NCBI GenBank assembly: GCA_951406725.2 | Contig: OX597823.1 | Span: forward strand, 31,248,001-31,312,000 | Origin: Octopus vulgaris | Taxonomy: Eukaryota | Reading direction: 5' to 3' | Length of the DNA stretch: 64,000 bases | Shown here: piece by piece, positions 11,478 to 25,334 of the stretch | Layout: each line of letters opens with the position of its first letter | How positions within the stretch are numbered: position 1 is the first letter of the stretch | Notes under the pieces: generated by a model | What the model was told of the DNA's origin: nothing | Database searches by the model: none | Seen by the model: the letters and a program-made list of their open reading frames with translations, nothing else | Made by a program: the position numbers and the translations under genes

Positions 11478-14400
11478 ATGCCGGATCCTAGGTCCTACCT
11501 CCTCACCCTCCATCACCGTTTGAAGGATCATCTACGTTCTCTTCCTGTATATTGCCTTCAGCCGTCCGTTAATCTCTCTCTACTTCTTTTTAAAAAAACC
11601 CGCTTCTCTAGCCATGTCTCTTTCCTAAGCCGCTGCCTACATCACCGACTCATCCCTAAAGGTTTCCGCCTCCACTTCCACCCTGCTCTCCACTCGGATT
11701 CTTCCATCTTACCCATACTCCGCACCACATCTTACCGCCTTATGCGGGCCACCATTCGCTCCAATCTCTCCAAACTACATGCCATCAACCGCCTTCTTCC
11801 TCCTGCTTTCTCCACCTTCTTCTCCTCTCTGCCGCCTCTCTATGCTCCAAACACGCTACGCTTCATTATCCATTTGAATCAACTCTTCCATCAATTTCTT
11901 TCTGATACCAAACTTCGTAAACTCCAATCACTCTTCCATTCCACCCTACCCGACGCCACTACCCCAACTCCTCCACCACCCTTCTCCCCTCCCGATAGGC
12001 TCCATCCACCCACACCTAACCCCACTGCCCCTCCCTACAACCCCTTCTCCCCTCCCGTTAGGCTCCATCCACCTACACCTAACCCTACTGCCCCGCCCAA
12101 CCACCCCCCACACACCTCTCCAATCCCTCCCCCTCAGACCTCCCCGAGACCTACCACCCCTCCTACTTCTATTCCATCCACCCCTTCTCCACTTCCGTCT
12201 GTTGTTACCATTCCCCCCGATCTTCCCCTCTCTGCGGCTGAACGCTCCGTCCTTGGTAGGGGTCTGCGTTTCATCCCCCTCACTCCATCCTGTAAGGAAT
12301 ACCAGACGCGAGTTGATGTCCACAGCTTTGTGCGCCGTGTCCGGTTGGGTGCGCATTACCACGACTCGCCACCCACACCCAACGAAGAGGACGACTGCTT
12401 CACTGGCCTGGGCCGCCGACCATCCCCGTGGACGCCTGCCCCTGGCCAGATCCTAGCAGTGGATCTTTTCGCGGGCGCTTGTCAGCGTGCATTGGAGCGG
12501 TTCAACTTCTCCAGGCGCCAACGCCGCCTCAACATCTCCCCGGCTGAGCTCTTGGCTCTTCGTTCCCTCCAACGGCGCGCTGACATTATCATCAAACCGG
12601 CTGACAAGGGTGGAGCTGTAGTGGTGTGGCGCGCGGACCTCTATAGGGCCGAGGCTTTCCGCCAACTCAATGACACCTCCTTCTATTCCCCTCTGCCCTC
12701 TAACCCCACACGTAGCTACCAACAGACGGTATCCTCTACTGTCCAAGACCTCATCTCGTCCTCCCGTCTCCCCCGCACCGCATCCAACCTAATTGTGCGA
12801 ACCCCACGTACCCCCACCATTTACTTCCTCCCCAAAATCCACAAACCCAACAACCCTGGCCGCCCCATCGTCTCCGCCTGTAACTGCCCCACGGAGCTCA
12901 TCTCTAAATACCTCGACCGTGTCCTTGCCCCCCTAGTGGCATCTCTTCCCTCCCACATCCACGATACCAACCATGCTCTCCGGCTTTTCAACTCTTTCTC
13001 CTTTCCTCCCGGCTCCTCCAAAATCCTTTTTACTATGGACATCCAAAGCCTCTATACTGTTATCCCTCACCACGAAGGACTGCAGGCCCTTCGACACTTT
13101 CTTGACCTCCGCTCTAACCCTGTACCTGACACCTCCACACTCATTCGTCTGGCCGAACTTGTCCTTACTCTGAACTGCTTCTCGTTCGCGGGCGAGTTCT
13201 ACCATCAGGTCTCGGGAGTGGCCATGGGAACGCGAATGGGCCCCAACTATGCGAACCTGTTCGTTGGCTATGTTGAGGCCCAAATATTCTCTAATTTCAC
13301 TGGTCCCACTCCTGAACTATATGGTCGTTATATTGACGACATTATCGGTGCCACCTCACTCTCCCGCGAACATCTAGATTCCTTCCTCTCTTTCGTCCAA
13401 TCTTTCCATCCAGCCCTCCACTTCACTTCCACTATCTCCAACACCTCTGTCTCCTTCCTCGACATTTCGGTTAGCATTCTTCACTCCACTCTTACCACCT
13501 CCATTCACTACAAACACACAGACTCACACTCATACCTCAACTTCTCTTCCTCCCACCCAGAACACACCAAGCTTTCCATCCCCTATTCCCAATTCCTCCG
13601 TCTACGTAGGCTCTGCAGTGACGACCATGACTTTGAGACTCAGTCTCAACGTATGGCTCACCACTTCACCCTACGTGGATACCCCCTCACCACTATCCAC
13701 ACCGCCCTTGCCAGAGCACGGTCCGTGGACCGTGTATCTGCTCTCTCTCCCCGAACCCGCCCTGTAGTCTCCCGCCTCCCTTTTCCCCTCACTTACCACC
13801 CCACGACCCTACGTCTCCAACGCACCATTCTTCGAGCTTTCCGTCATCTCCAGTCCGACCCGTCCACTTCACACCTCTTCCCTAACCGACCCCTCCCCTC
13901 TTTCAAACGAGCCCACAACCTTCGAGACCTTTTGGTCCATAGCTCCTTCCCTGACCCTACCTCCCAACCCGGCTCGTTCCCCTGCTCCCGCCCACGTTGC
14001 CGCACTTGCCCTTACCTCTCCAACACCACCCGCCTCACTAGCACCCACCATCGACCCTATCCCATCATCCACTCCTTCACCTGCACCTCCAGCAATATTA
14101 TCTATTGCATCTCTTGCTCTCTCTGCAATTCCTTGTACATCGGACAAACGGGACGCCGCTTGGCTGACCGGTTCGCGGAACACCTTCGTGACATCCACCT
14201 TGCGAACGACACACCGGTCTCACGCCATTTCCGCTCCACCGGTCACTCCTTGCAACACCTATCTGTGTTCGGTTTGTCCTTACACAGAGGCCATCCGGAT
14301 TCCCGTTTGCGCCGTGAACAGGAATTAATCTTCTCTCTTCGCTCTTATACGCCATTTGGTCTCAACTCTCCCCCTCCTCATCTAACCCCCTCTCCCCACT

Positions 14401-14699
14401 CCTCACCTATCCTTTCTCCCCCGACCCCTACCTCTTCAGTCCTTCATCCTTTCACCCCTACTCCCTTTCCCTTCTTCCCTCTTTCTCCCTCCCTCTTCCC
14501 CTTCCCTCTGCTCCCTCACTCCCTCTCTCCCCTTCTCTCTCCCCCTCTCCCTCTTTCCTCCTTCATCCCCCTCATCCCCTTCCTTCTCCCCCATCCTCTC
14601 CTCTCCCCCTTCTCCTCCCCCTCTTCTCCCCCTCCCCCTCTTCTCCTCACTACACCACATGACTTTACACATCACATCACATATGATGTGCCATACTAA
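11478..14699 (+). CDS. PLE polyprotein: reverse transcriptase plus C-terminal GIY-YIG endonuclease (1073 aa from the first ATG)
   Basis: Motifs IIKPADKGGAVVV, PKIHKP..PGRPIVS, MDIQSLYT, GVAMGT, RYIDD, FLD, SSHP, a Cys-rich linker CSRPRCRTC, NIIYCISC..C..LYIGQT, R..EH and PFGLN. The track start at 11244 is a TTG in a T-rich leader. Confidence 0.95.
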   Translation: MPDPRSYLLTLHHRLKDHLRSLPVYCLQPSVNLSLLLFKKTRFSSHVSFLSRCLHHRLIPKGFRLHFHPALHSDSSILPILRTTSYRLMRATIRSNLSKLHAINRLLPPAFSTFFSSLPPLYAPNTLRFIIHLNQLFHQFLSDTKLRKLQSLFHSTLPDATTPTPPPPFSPPDRLHPPTPNPTAPPYNPFSPPVRLHPPTPNPTAPPNHPPHTSPIPPPQTSPRPTTPPTSIPSTPSPLPSVVTIPPDLPLSAAERSVLGRGLRFIPLTPSCKEYQTRVDVHSFVRRVRLGAHYHDSPPTPNEEDDCFTGLGRRPSPWTPAPGQILAVDLFAGACQRALERFNFSRRQRRLNISPAELLALRSLQRRADIIIKPADKGGAVVVWRADLYRAEAFRQLNDTSFYSPLPSNPTRSYQQTVSSTVQDLISSSRLPRTASNLIVRTPRTPTIYFLPKIHKPNNPGRPIVSACNCPTELISKYLDRVLAPLVASLPSHIHDTNHALRLFNSFSFPPGSSKILFTMDIQSLYTVIPHHEGLQALRHFLDLRSNPVPDTSTLIRLAELVLTLNCFSFAGEFYHQVSGVAMGTRMGPNYANLFVGYVEAQIFSNFTGPTPELYGRYIDDIIGATSLSREHLDSFLSFVQSFHPALHFTSTISNTSVSFLDISVSILHSTLTTSIHYKHTDSHSYLNFSSSHPEHTKLSIPYSQFLRLRRLCSDDHDFETQSQRMAHHFTLRGYPLTTIHTALARARSVDRVSALSPRTRPVVSRLPFPLTYHPTTLRLQRTILRAFRHLQSDPSTSHLFPNRPLPSFKRAHNLRDLLVHSSFPDPTSQPGSFPCSRPRCRTCPYLSNTTRLTSTHHRPYPIIHSFTCTSSNIIYCISCSLCNSLYIGQTGRRLADRFAEHLRDIHLANDTPVSRHFRSTGHSLQHLSVFGLSLHRGHPDSRLRREQELIFSLRSYTPFGLNSPPPHLTPSPHSSPILSPPTPTSSVLHPFTPTPFPFFPLSPSLFPFPLLPHSLSPLLSPPLPLSSFIPLIPFLLPHPLLSPFSSPSSPPPPLLLTTPHDFTHHITYDVPY

Positions 14700-15201
14700 T
14701 ACACACACCAACTAATACATACTAATACGTACTAATACATACTAGTACATACTAATACTTACACCAACCCTATACATACACACGTCCAGACCCCGCATAC
14801 GCACTTATACTCTCTCTCACACACACACACACACCTATACATACCAATACGTACTAATACATACTAATACATACTAATACATACACCAACCCCATACATA
14901 CGCACGTCCAGACCAATCTTACGCACTAATACTCTCTCATACACACACACACACACACACACACCCTTATACATACTAATACATACACCAACCCTATACA
15001 TACACACATCCAGACCCCTCCCACGCACTTTTAGCTGGTCCCTCAACCCATTTATCAACCCTATTATCTCCCCTTATTTCGCTCTCGCGTCTCATGTTTG
15101 ATCTTTGACCTCTGGCCGAAATCAGATCGCCATGTTGATTCGTTAGCTACTGCACGCATTTTTTTTCTCTCCTTCTTTCTGTGTTTTTCTCTCTCTGTGT
15201 A

Positions 15202-15239
15202 TCTTTCTGTTGAAGAGCGTAGGCTCGAAACGTTAAAGA
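15202..15239 (+). ncRNA. Minimal type I hammerhead ribozyme (CUGUUGA core variant) in the PLE 3' region
   Basis: UCUUU-CUGUUGA-A-GAGC(GUAG)GCUC-GAAAC-GUU^AAAGA; stems I and II pair perfectly. Confidence 0.8.
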
Positions 15240-15408
15240 CTTGTTTTATTTATATTTCCTGAGCGCCATACTAATACAATTGTTCGTTTGTTTTCCACCT
15301 GCCTTCGTCTTTTGTTTATTTTCATAAAGCTTCCCGTTATATATATATATATATATAGATATAGATATATATATAGATATATATATGTGCGTGTGTGTGT
15401 GTGTGTGA

Positions 15409-15690
15409 AGGCGCGTGGCTTAGTGGTTAGGGCATTCGGATCACGATCGTAAGGTCGTGAGTTCAATTCCCGGCGACGCGTTGTGTCCATGAGCTAGAAA
15501 CTTTATTTCAAGTTGCTCCACTCCACTCAGCTGGACAAAATGTATTTCAAAGGGGCCAGCCTTGTCACACTCTGTGTCACGCTGAATCTCCCTGGGAACT
15601 ACGTTAAGGGTACACGTGTCTGTGGAGTGCTCAGCCACTTGCACGTTAATTTTATGAGCAAGCTGTTCCGTTGAGACCCTCGTCATCGTA
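15409..15690 (+). mobile_element. tRNA-derived SINE with CORE-like domain
   Basis: A box TGGCTTAGTGG, B box GAGTTCAATTCC, then TTGTGTCCATGAGC...; lies between microsatellites. Confidence 0.8.
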
Positions 15691-15740
15691 ATATATATAT
15701 ATATACACACGCGCGCGTGCGTGCACACACACACACACAC

Positions 15741-15823
<83 letters not shown>

Positions 15824-15857
15824 TAAATATATAAATATATATATTAATAATAATAAT

Positions 15858-16000
15858 AGTTGTATGACAACAAAAGAATGAATGAGATCTCGATATTAAG
15901 TAAATAGAGGAATTTATCTGTAAAATAATATCGGTTGCCATAATAAAACTCCGAGTTTCGGATGTCGGGGCTGAAATCTGCTCCGGCATCTCGTTAATTA
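15858..16000 (-). mobile_element. Short PLE pLTR-like fragment with a degenerate hammerhead; related copy in opposite orientation at 58612-58752
   Basis: Minus strand TAACGA-GATGCCGG..CCGACATC-CGAAACTCGGAGTT; shared sequence with 58635-58750. Confidence 0.5.
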
Positions 16001-16454
16001 TTAAGACAAAACAAAAATGCTATGAAAATGACCGTTAAACAAATATTATATATAGCAGAAAATATATTATGAAAACTATCAGAATTTAACTGTTGTGTAA
16101 CATTTAAATTCGGCGTTTATGATTTTGTCATTGATCACGCTATTCCGTTGATTACTTGCAACCTACAGCAAAGTAATAACGGGTGTAAACAATATCTCAT
16201 TGTTAAGCATACTTCATCCTGATGATGAGGCTGTGAAAGTTAGTCGACAAATGATTTAGGACAAATGATTTAGGATAAATGATTTAGGAAACTAAATATG
16301 AAATAATAAAAAGCAAATATGAGAAATCTTTAATAAAAAAGAAAAGATAACATTCGAAGCTAGCCTTGTCATTAGCCTAAAAAACGTATACATAAGTAAT
16401 CACGTGCAACTGCACATAAACGCACATATCTACATGAATATACGTACATATATG

Positions 16455-16500
<46 letters not shown>

Positions 16501-16787
16501 TTGAGAGAGTAATTATAACCCCAGCTTTCAATTTGTTATCACTTTATATAAGAGCCTGTTTCAAGTAGTACGTAGGTAATTGAATAAACCAGTTAAACTC
16601 AAGGAGATTACAAAAGGGTGTCATTTGCAAATTCAATAAATATTGACTATGCTTTATGGAGTGAATTACAATAATTAAAATGTGGTAAAGAAAAATTCAA
16701 ATTGATGTTATAATCGTTTCAGTAAAAAAGCATTTTGTTTTTTGGTTTTTTGTTCTGTACCACATATAGAGAGATTTGATAAATACA

Positions 16788-16824
<37 letters not shown>

Positions 16825-16977
16825 TTGGCGCAGACAGTTCGCGGTTTATATATGCAGGTACACACATACAATGTAGACATACTTATAATGAGAAACACTT
16901 TAGACAGATATTCTTTTAAAAAAAGTTTCTAACAACATACAATAGAGCAACAGCATCAACACTATCTCACACATGCA

Positions 16978-17058
<81 letters not shown>

Positions 17059-17189
17059 GTCTATCTATCTATCACCCTCTTTCCCTCTGTCTCTCTCACT
17101 CAATATATATCTATTTATTTATCTGCACACACACACATACACACACACCTATGGACTCACACACACATGTAGCATGACTATTACCTATC

Positions 17190-17610
17190 CTAATATAAGG
17201 ACTGCGGTTGTTGTTGGCATCCTTTTGTCTCGGGAGACAATGGAGTTGCGCATCAGGAGGGACAAGCCGAAGTTTCCTCTCCAGTTTTGCGCAGGCCTTG
17301 GCTAGATGTAAGAAAATCCTGGGTAGCCCATTCATCAGGATTCCTCTCTCGACCTTGCTGACGTAGTCCAAAGGAGTGCAGAGTATTACATTTGGCACGA
17401 GCTTGGTTGCAGGACCTGCTTGAAGAATGTTGAGTCGAACACTAAACCGCCTACGGGATTCCACTCCGGATTTCTTCGAAGGTTTCTCTTTCCTGTAACC
17501 CTGGGTAGGGGCCCGTACCGGATACTGTCAGCCGGAGCCAGCTGAGCCCGGGGCTCGTGTCAGGCGGGGTCGTCAATCCCTGAAGTAGTGATGGAAATTG
17601 CTACTCACTA
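17190..17610 (-). mobile_element. Probable 5' end of an RTE-like LINE (GC-rich UTR, ends near ...PYIRIG)
   Basis: GC-rich island with a structured 5' end; IRIG resembles the start of an APE domain; weak. Confidence 0.4.
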
Positions 17611-17912
17611 CCTATATAAGGATAGGTATATACATATCCTTATACAATACGTATCCTTATATACATACGCATCCTTATATAATGGTTTCATAACAAAGTA
17701 ATATTACAGAAACACATGAACATATACATAATTTCTACTCCATTCCCCACTCCTGGTATTCCTGTACAAATGACAATGTTATTCTTTCGTTGTCATTTCA
17801 GTCACCAAATTTCCATAACTTTCAATATCTTGCCACAGAGAAACGTATTTGTTTCCCTTTATTACTGATTTTCTTTTCCTTGTGTTACATTTACTTCTTT
17901 GTGGATCTAATA

Positions 17913-17950
17913 ATATTCTGAAGAAGAACTTACGCTCAAAACGTCAATGT
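17913..17950 (+). ncRNA. Degenerate minimal hammerhead in a solo pLTR-like fragment (about 17750-18072)
   Basis: AUAUU-CUGAAGA-A-GAAC(UUAC)GCUC-AAAAC-GUC-AAUGU; two inactivating substitutions. Confidence 0.6.
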
Positions 17951-18069
17951 CACTTTTACTTTCTCAACCTTTCATTGAACACTAAAATTAATAATTAAAC
18001 TTTGCGTTCAATTTATTGTGTTCGTCATAAACTTAGAACTAAAGTGTGTATACTATTGCATCTGACTAT

Positions 18070-18163
<94 letters not shown>

Positions 18164-18294
18164 TATATAATTATATAAGGGAACAGGAAAAAAACCTGCT
18201 CAAACATGTCGTAAGAATACGCCACGTTCTCTGGCGTATTCTTACATGTTGGAGTAGGGTGTTTTCGTGTTCTCTAAATTAATTATATGTGTGC

Positions 18295-18345
<51 letters not shown>

Positions 18346-18358
18346 GTATATATATGTA

Positions 18359-18417
<59 letters not shown>

Positions 18418-18506
18418 ATATGTGTATGTATGTATATAGTCAGATGCAATAGAATACACACTTTAGTTCTAAATTTATGACGAAAAATGTATATATATAT
18501 ATATAT

Positions 18507-18566
<60 letters not shown>

Positions 18567-18606
18567 GTATAGATATAGATATATATAGAGATAGATATAT
18601 ACATAT

Positions 18607-18640
<34 letters not shown>

Positions 18641-18655
18641 GTATATGTATTTATA

Positions 18656-18695
<40 letters not shown>

Positions 18696-18979
18696 CATGC
18701 ATACATACGTACATAGATACATACATACATACATAGATGATAATGGCTGCCCCCTCGTTATCGAGTATGGCCATTGCACGAGGCTTAACTGTTAACAGTG
18801 CTGTGATCGAATATGACTTTTAGCCCAGCTAAAGATCTACAATGTCTTGGACAGAATTGGCAGCTAAAACCTTTACTGGCAAGAGCCGGCTGTAATTGTA
18901 ATTGGGCTTTATGTACCTTTGCATACATACACACGCGCGCGCTCACACACACTCACATATATATATATAATATATAAAT

Positions 18980-19538
<559 letters not shown>

Positions 19539-19880
19539 GAGATATCGCCTAGGCATTGCGATACTACTAACCTTGTGTAGAACTCAATATATTTTTACTT
19601 CAGAACAAATTATTAGATGAGTATAGAGCGGTAATAAAAGTGGCATTAGTGCGTGCAAAGCGCGTGTGTGCATGTGTGTGTGTACTTGCTTTATTTCGAG
19701 TGTGTGCGCATGTGTATTTATACAAATATTCTTCATAATTTTTCTGTTAATAAATCTAATTACCTTTTGGCCATATTCTTTTATATACATCAGCAATGAC
19801 TTGCCCAATGGTAAAACCTCCCCTGTGTGTTGTAAAAATGTTATTCTTTTTGCTTCAAATATATTGCACTTTATATTCAA

Positions 19881-19961
19881 GGCCCCGATGAAGGTATAGG
19901 ATGTTATTAAGGCTCTCAACTACGAGTCCACTGCGTCTTGTTGCCGAAACAGCTGTAAGCC
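19881..19961 (+). ncRNA. Hammerhead-like motif with extended stem II
   Basis: GGCC-CCGAUGA-A-GGUAUAGGAUG...CGUCUUGUUGCC-GAAAC-AGCU-GUA-AGCC; one core substitution. Confidence 0.55.
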
Positions 19962-21181
19962 AATGAAGTTCAAAGGATTACATTTGGGTTTTCTGGTGTC
20001 ATCGCTTTTTCTCATACAATTAATAGCACCTGAAGCAGTATTAATACGAAAAGGCAACCTTCGTCTTAACCACCACCACCATCACCACCACCATCACCAC
20101 CACCACCATCATCACCACTACGGCTTCACTATCACCACTGTCACCCTGACCCGGTTACGATTCTCCAAGGCATTGTGAATGCCGAAGTGAATGTACGGAG
20201 AGGAAATTATCTCAGATCGCTACGCAAACAGCTATGTCCGCTTATCTAAGAAAAATTCCTAGGATACCGAAGTATCCATAGAGATATTATGTTCACGCAA
20301 ACGCACACACAAACACATACACACACACATACACACATTCACACAAACACACACACGCTCACACACACACTCTCACACGCTCACACACACCCACGCTCAC
20401 ACACGCAAACACACACTCACACACACTCACACAAACACACACACTCACACATACGCATATATGAGTATGTGTATGTATAGATAGATCGACAGAGTGTGAT
20501 ATATATGTGAGTGCGTGCGGTGTATCTATGTATGTATTCTTTTTTTACTTATGATTTGACTTTAGTCGAACAAATCGCCCCCAGGACTTTTTCTTTGTAA
20601 GCCTAGAGCTTATTCTATCGGTGTAGTGCAATATCGGTTGTCAAGCGATGGTGGGTGGACAAACACACAAACATACAGGTATATATATATATACGAGCAA
20701 CCCCCCCCCCCCCGTGTCCAATGGACGGTGCTGAGTTGTCAAACATTTAGACCAAATTTTCTAATAACAACTTGTCCGACCGTCCCATAGGCCTCCCCTT
20801 TGAGAAACACTGATGTAACCAAAAATTTGAGACACCAAGCAAGAGACGGAATATCGACTGATGTACTTGCACGTTCCCACGGCTTTATCGATCGCATTCT
20901 CACCTGGAATCGATTTTTGTAACTTTTTCAAAACTTATACACGCCCTGATAGCGTCGGTATCTACATATCAAATTTGAGCGCAATCGGATAGAGGATGCC
21001 CGAGATCCTAGAAGACAGACACACACAGTCAGACAGAACGGATTTTATATAATATATATATATATATCACGTGATTACGTGACCGACCAGACCATCAGAT
21101 GTTGTTACACATCGCTGGTCACAATGCGTTCGCATTGTTTTAGCCTTCGAATGACGCCACCCCGCTGGCTAAGCGACCAGG

Positions 21182-21231
<50 letters not shown>

Positions 21232-21234
<3 letters not shown>

Positions 21235-21400
21235 GACGGACTTCTTTTCAGTTTCCGTCTACCAAATCCACTCGCAAGGCTTTAGTCTGCCCGAGGCTAT
21301 AGTAGAAGACACTTGCCCAAGGTGTCACGCAGTGGGACTGAACCCGGAACCATGTGCTTGGGCAACAAGCTTCTTACCACACAACCACGCCCACGCACCT
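21232..21400 (-). mobile_element. SINE family B, 5' half
   Basis: Reverse complement of 18980-19140. Confidence 0.85.
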
Positions 21401-21832
21401 ATGTATGTATATATATATATATATATATATGCATGTGTGAGATTATGCGCGTATGCATGTGCACATTTATGCACACTCACACACACTCATATATAGATAT
21501 ATTACGATATAAATTAATTGAGAAGCAGTCTTACATATATATGTATGTGTATGTAGATGTACATGCAACTATGCATGATGTATGTGTGTATATATATGTA
21601 TATATATATATATATGTATAACTATGTCTATATAGAGGTGGGGTGGGCTACTTATAAGTACATACATTACCATGTATTCATTCATATATAAATACATGCG
21701 CACATACATACACATACATATTTGTGTGTGCGTGCGTGTAATGTGTGTGTTTATATTTGTGTGTACAGTAAGAGGGTGTGTGCAAAGAACAATACAGGTA
21801 GAAGACACACGGATAGGTAGGTAGATAGATAA

Positions 21833-22086
<254 letters not shown>

Positions 22087-22996
22087 TAGGTAGGTGGATG
22101 GGCAGATTGATAGATAGATATGGTTCGAAAGGCTCTCCATATGAGTCGAATCCGCAAAATCTTACTAAACATCATTGCAAAGTATCACACCTCCTTGAAC
22201 ATGGCCACCACCACCACCACCTTCGTCTTTATTATCACAAATACTATCATCATCGTTTCTACAACCATCAACATCGCCATTAACATGGAGTCCACCACCA
22301 CCACCACTGGTCACCACCAACACTACCACCACGCTATCACCACCTCACTGCTACACGACAACCACCACCATCCTCCTTGTCAGAAACACCATTATCATCA
22401 TTTTTACAACCAGCATCACCACCTCCACCACAACCACTGCCATCACCACCACTACCGCCATTACCACCACCACCACCACCACTGCCACCACCATCATCTT
22501 CACCACAATCACTGCCAACGCTGCCATCAGCACCACCTCCTCACAACCACCTCACCACCACCACCACCTCACCACCACCACCACCACTACCACAACCACC
22601 ACCACCACAGCCACCACCACCACCACCACCACAGCCACCACCACCACCACCAGCACCACCACCACCACCACAGCCACCACCACAGCCACCACCACAGCCA
22701 CCACCACAGCCACCACCACCACAGCCACCACCATTACTGCCATTCGCACCACCACTACTACCACCATCCCCCCTGCCGCCACCGCCGCCACCGCCGCCAC
22801 CACCACCACCACCGTCTCCATCTCCGCCATGACTACCTTCACTAGCACCACTATCATAATCACCATCAACAACATCATTTACAGCGAAACATCCAGTCAT
22901 CTTCAAAGAAACGAAAGTCGTCCGCAATGTACCGAGTGACCTTTGTGCCTGTTGCTGGAGTTCATTGTTATTGATTGGTGGAGCTTGTTAACTACT

Positions 22997-23176
<180 letters not shown>

Positions 23177-23444
23177 ATTCTCTCACTCTCACTCTCACCT
23201 TCTCTTTCTTACACACATCACTCTCTCTCTCCACGCGCGCGCACACATACATACATGCACTCACATGTAGAAAAAAACATACATGCATATATAAGTATAT
23301 ACATGTGGACACACGTACAAAGTTGAATCAGACACGAATACACACACACGCACATTTATGCATTCCAAGCTTCATGCACATACAAACACACGTGTGCAAT
23401 TGCATGCGCACATTCACACGCATTCCACAAATATATATATATAC

Positions 23445-23485
<41 letters not shown>

Positions 23486-23505
23486 ACAGTAATAGCATCA
23501 ATGTT

Positions 23506-23551
<46 letters not shown>

Positions 23552-23577
23552 AGCCAGAGAGAGATATATATATAAAT

Positions 23578-23610
<33 letters not shown>

Positions 23611-23611
23611 G

Positions 23612-23679
<68 letters not shown>

Positions 23680-24086
23680 TAACACATTCATGACTACATG
23701 CTTATACGTATAGAAACACGCGCGCGCACACATACACATATACACTCGCACACGACCACATATACTCGTGCGCCAAATGTACTTCACACGTGAAAGTACA
23801 TAATTGACTCACATGCTAAAAATATGCTTATAATAATACATTCATTCATGCACACACAAGTGCACATGCACCCCATCCCACCCACCATATATACATGTGT
23901 ATGTGTGTGAGTACATATACATACGCTTATGTGTGTATGTGTGCGCATATATATATATACACACATACACAAGCGTATGTATATGTACTCACACATGTAT
24001 ATATAAATATATATATATATGTATATACATATATGTATATATATATATATATATATACATACACATATATATAGGTACATATATAA

Positions 24087-24127
<41 letters not shown>

Positions 24128-24150
24128 TATGTATATATATACATATATAC

Positions 24151-24276
<126 letters not shown>

Positions 24277-24392
24277 TGTATATATATAAATGTGTGTGTA
24301 TGTATATGTATATAAGATAATATAATATACTAATAACATAATATATACAAATATATGTGTCTGTGTATATACATACATATATACACATATAT

Positions 24393-24459
<67 letters not shown>

Positions 24460-24693
24460 TGGGAATGTTTGTACATATAAGTCCAGTAAAAATTTACATC
24501 CAGTTGAATATGGTACTTAAGGTTAAAGGCACCAGAATTTGGTATGGTATTAGCCATATAATTCAAAATGGGGTGATTATAATCAAAATAAGCAACAAAG
24601 AGTGAGAGTGTGTGTGTGTGCGGGGGGTGGGGTGCTAGATAGATTGATGGATATATAGATAAATAGATAGACAGATAGCTACATAAAATGCGG

Positions 24694-24781
<88 letters not shown>

Positions 24782-25334
24782 AGTGAGTGTGTGTGTTTGT
24801 GTTATTATATATACAGCTTTTTACTGGAGATTCCCTCATCAGCTTTCGACTAGATATCCTAACGATTTCGGAACCTTCCCACAGTATCGATTATTCCCGT
24901 GGTTTTAATTACCTTTCATATTCTCAACGAATGCCCTATTTATTTTGGGGTCTTCACCCTAGCACACTTCCTCTTGTCATCCGTACCTCCATCATTCCAA
25001 ACTGTGTGCACCAATAGTAGCAAATGTAGCAATTTTGTTCTTTCTTTCTCTTCAGCTCCTGAATCAACACTTTATTGTCTTTCCTGACTCTCATTTAAGC
25101 AGAATAGGACATGGCGAATGTAGATGCAATCCTACAACATACGGCTTATACCGAATACTGCTTGGCAATCGTACGAACTACTCCTTGGTTTTCCATAATT
25201 CTATAAGTGTTTCACATTTGAAGCTCTTTCTTGCATCATTTTATTTTCCCAGGGCACTGTTAATTTCACAATCAAAATTAATTTGTCGAATCAGACTCTA
25301 ACATGAAGTTAGGGCACTGCATTGTTATTACATT

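Larger units (their letters stand above)
10888..15336 (+). mobile_element. Near full-length Penelope-like retroelement (Neptune-like) inserted in (TA)n
   Basis: Intact RT plus GIY-YIG ORF, 3' hammerhead, (TA)n tracts on both sides. Confidence 0.92.

Noticed and set aside
11946-14711. Antisense and alternative-frame ORFs overlapping the PLE CDS
   Set aside because: Shadow ORFs caused by compositional skew; no recognisable motifs
16218-16250. CTGATGA followed by a GGCTG/TAGTC stem
   Set aside because: No GAAA or cleavage triplet; too degenerate to call a hammerhead
24810-24860. Minus-strand CTGATGAG...AAAAGCTGTA hammerhead-like motif
   Set aside because: Stem II and stem I cannot be formed convincingly
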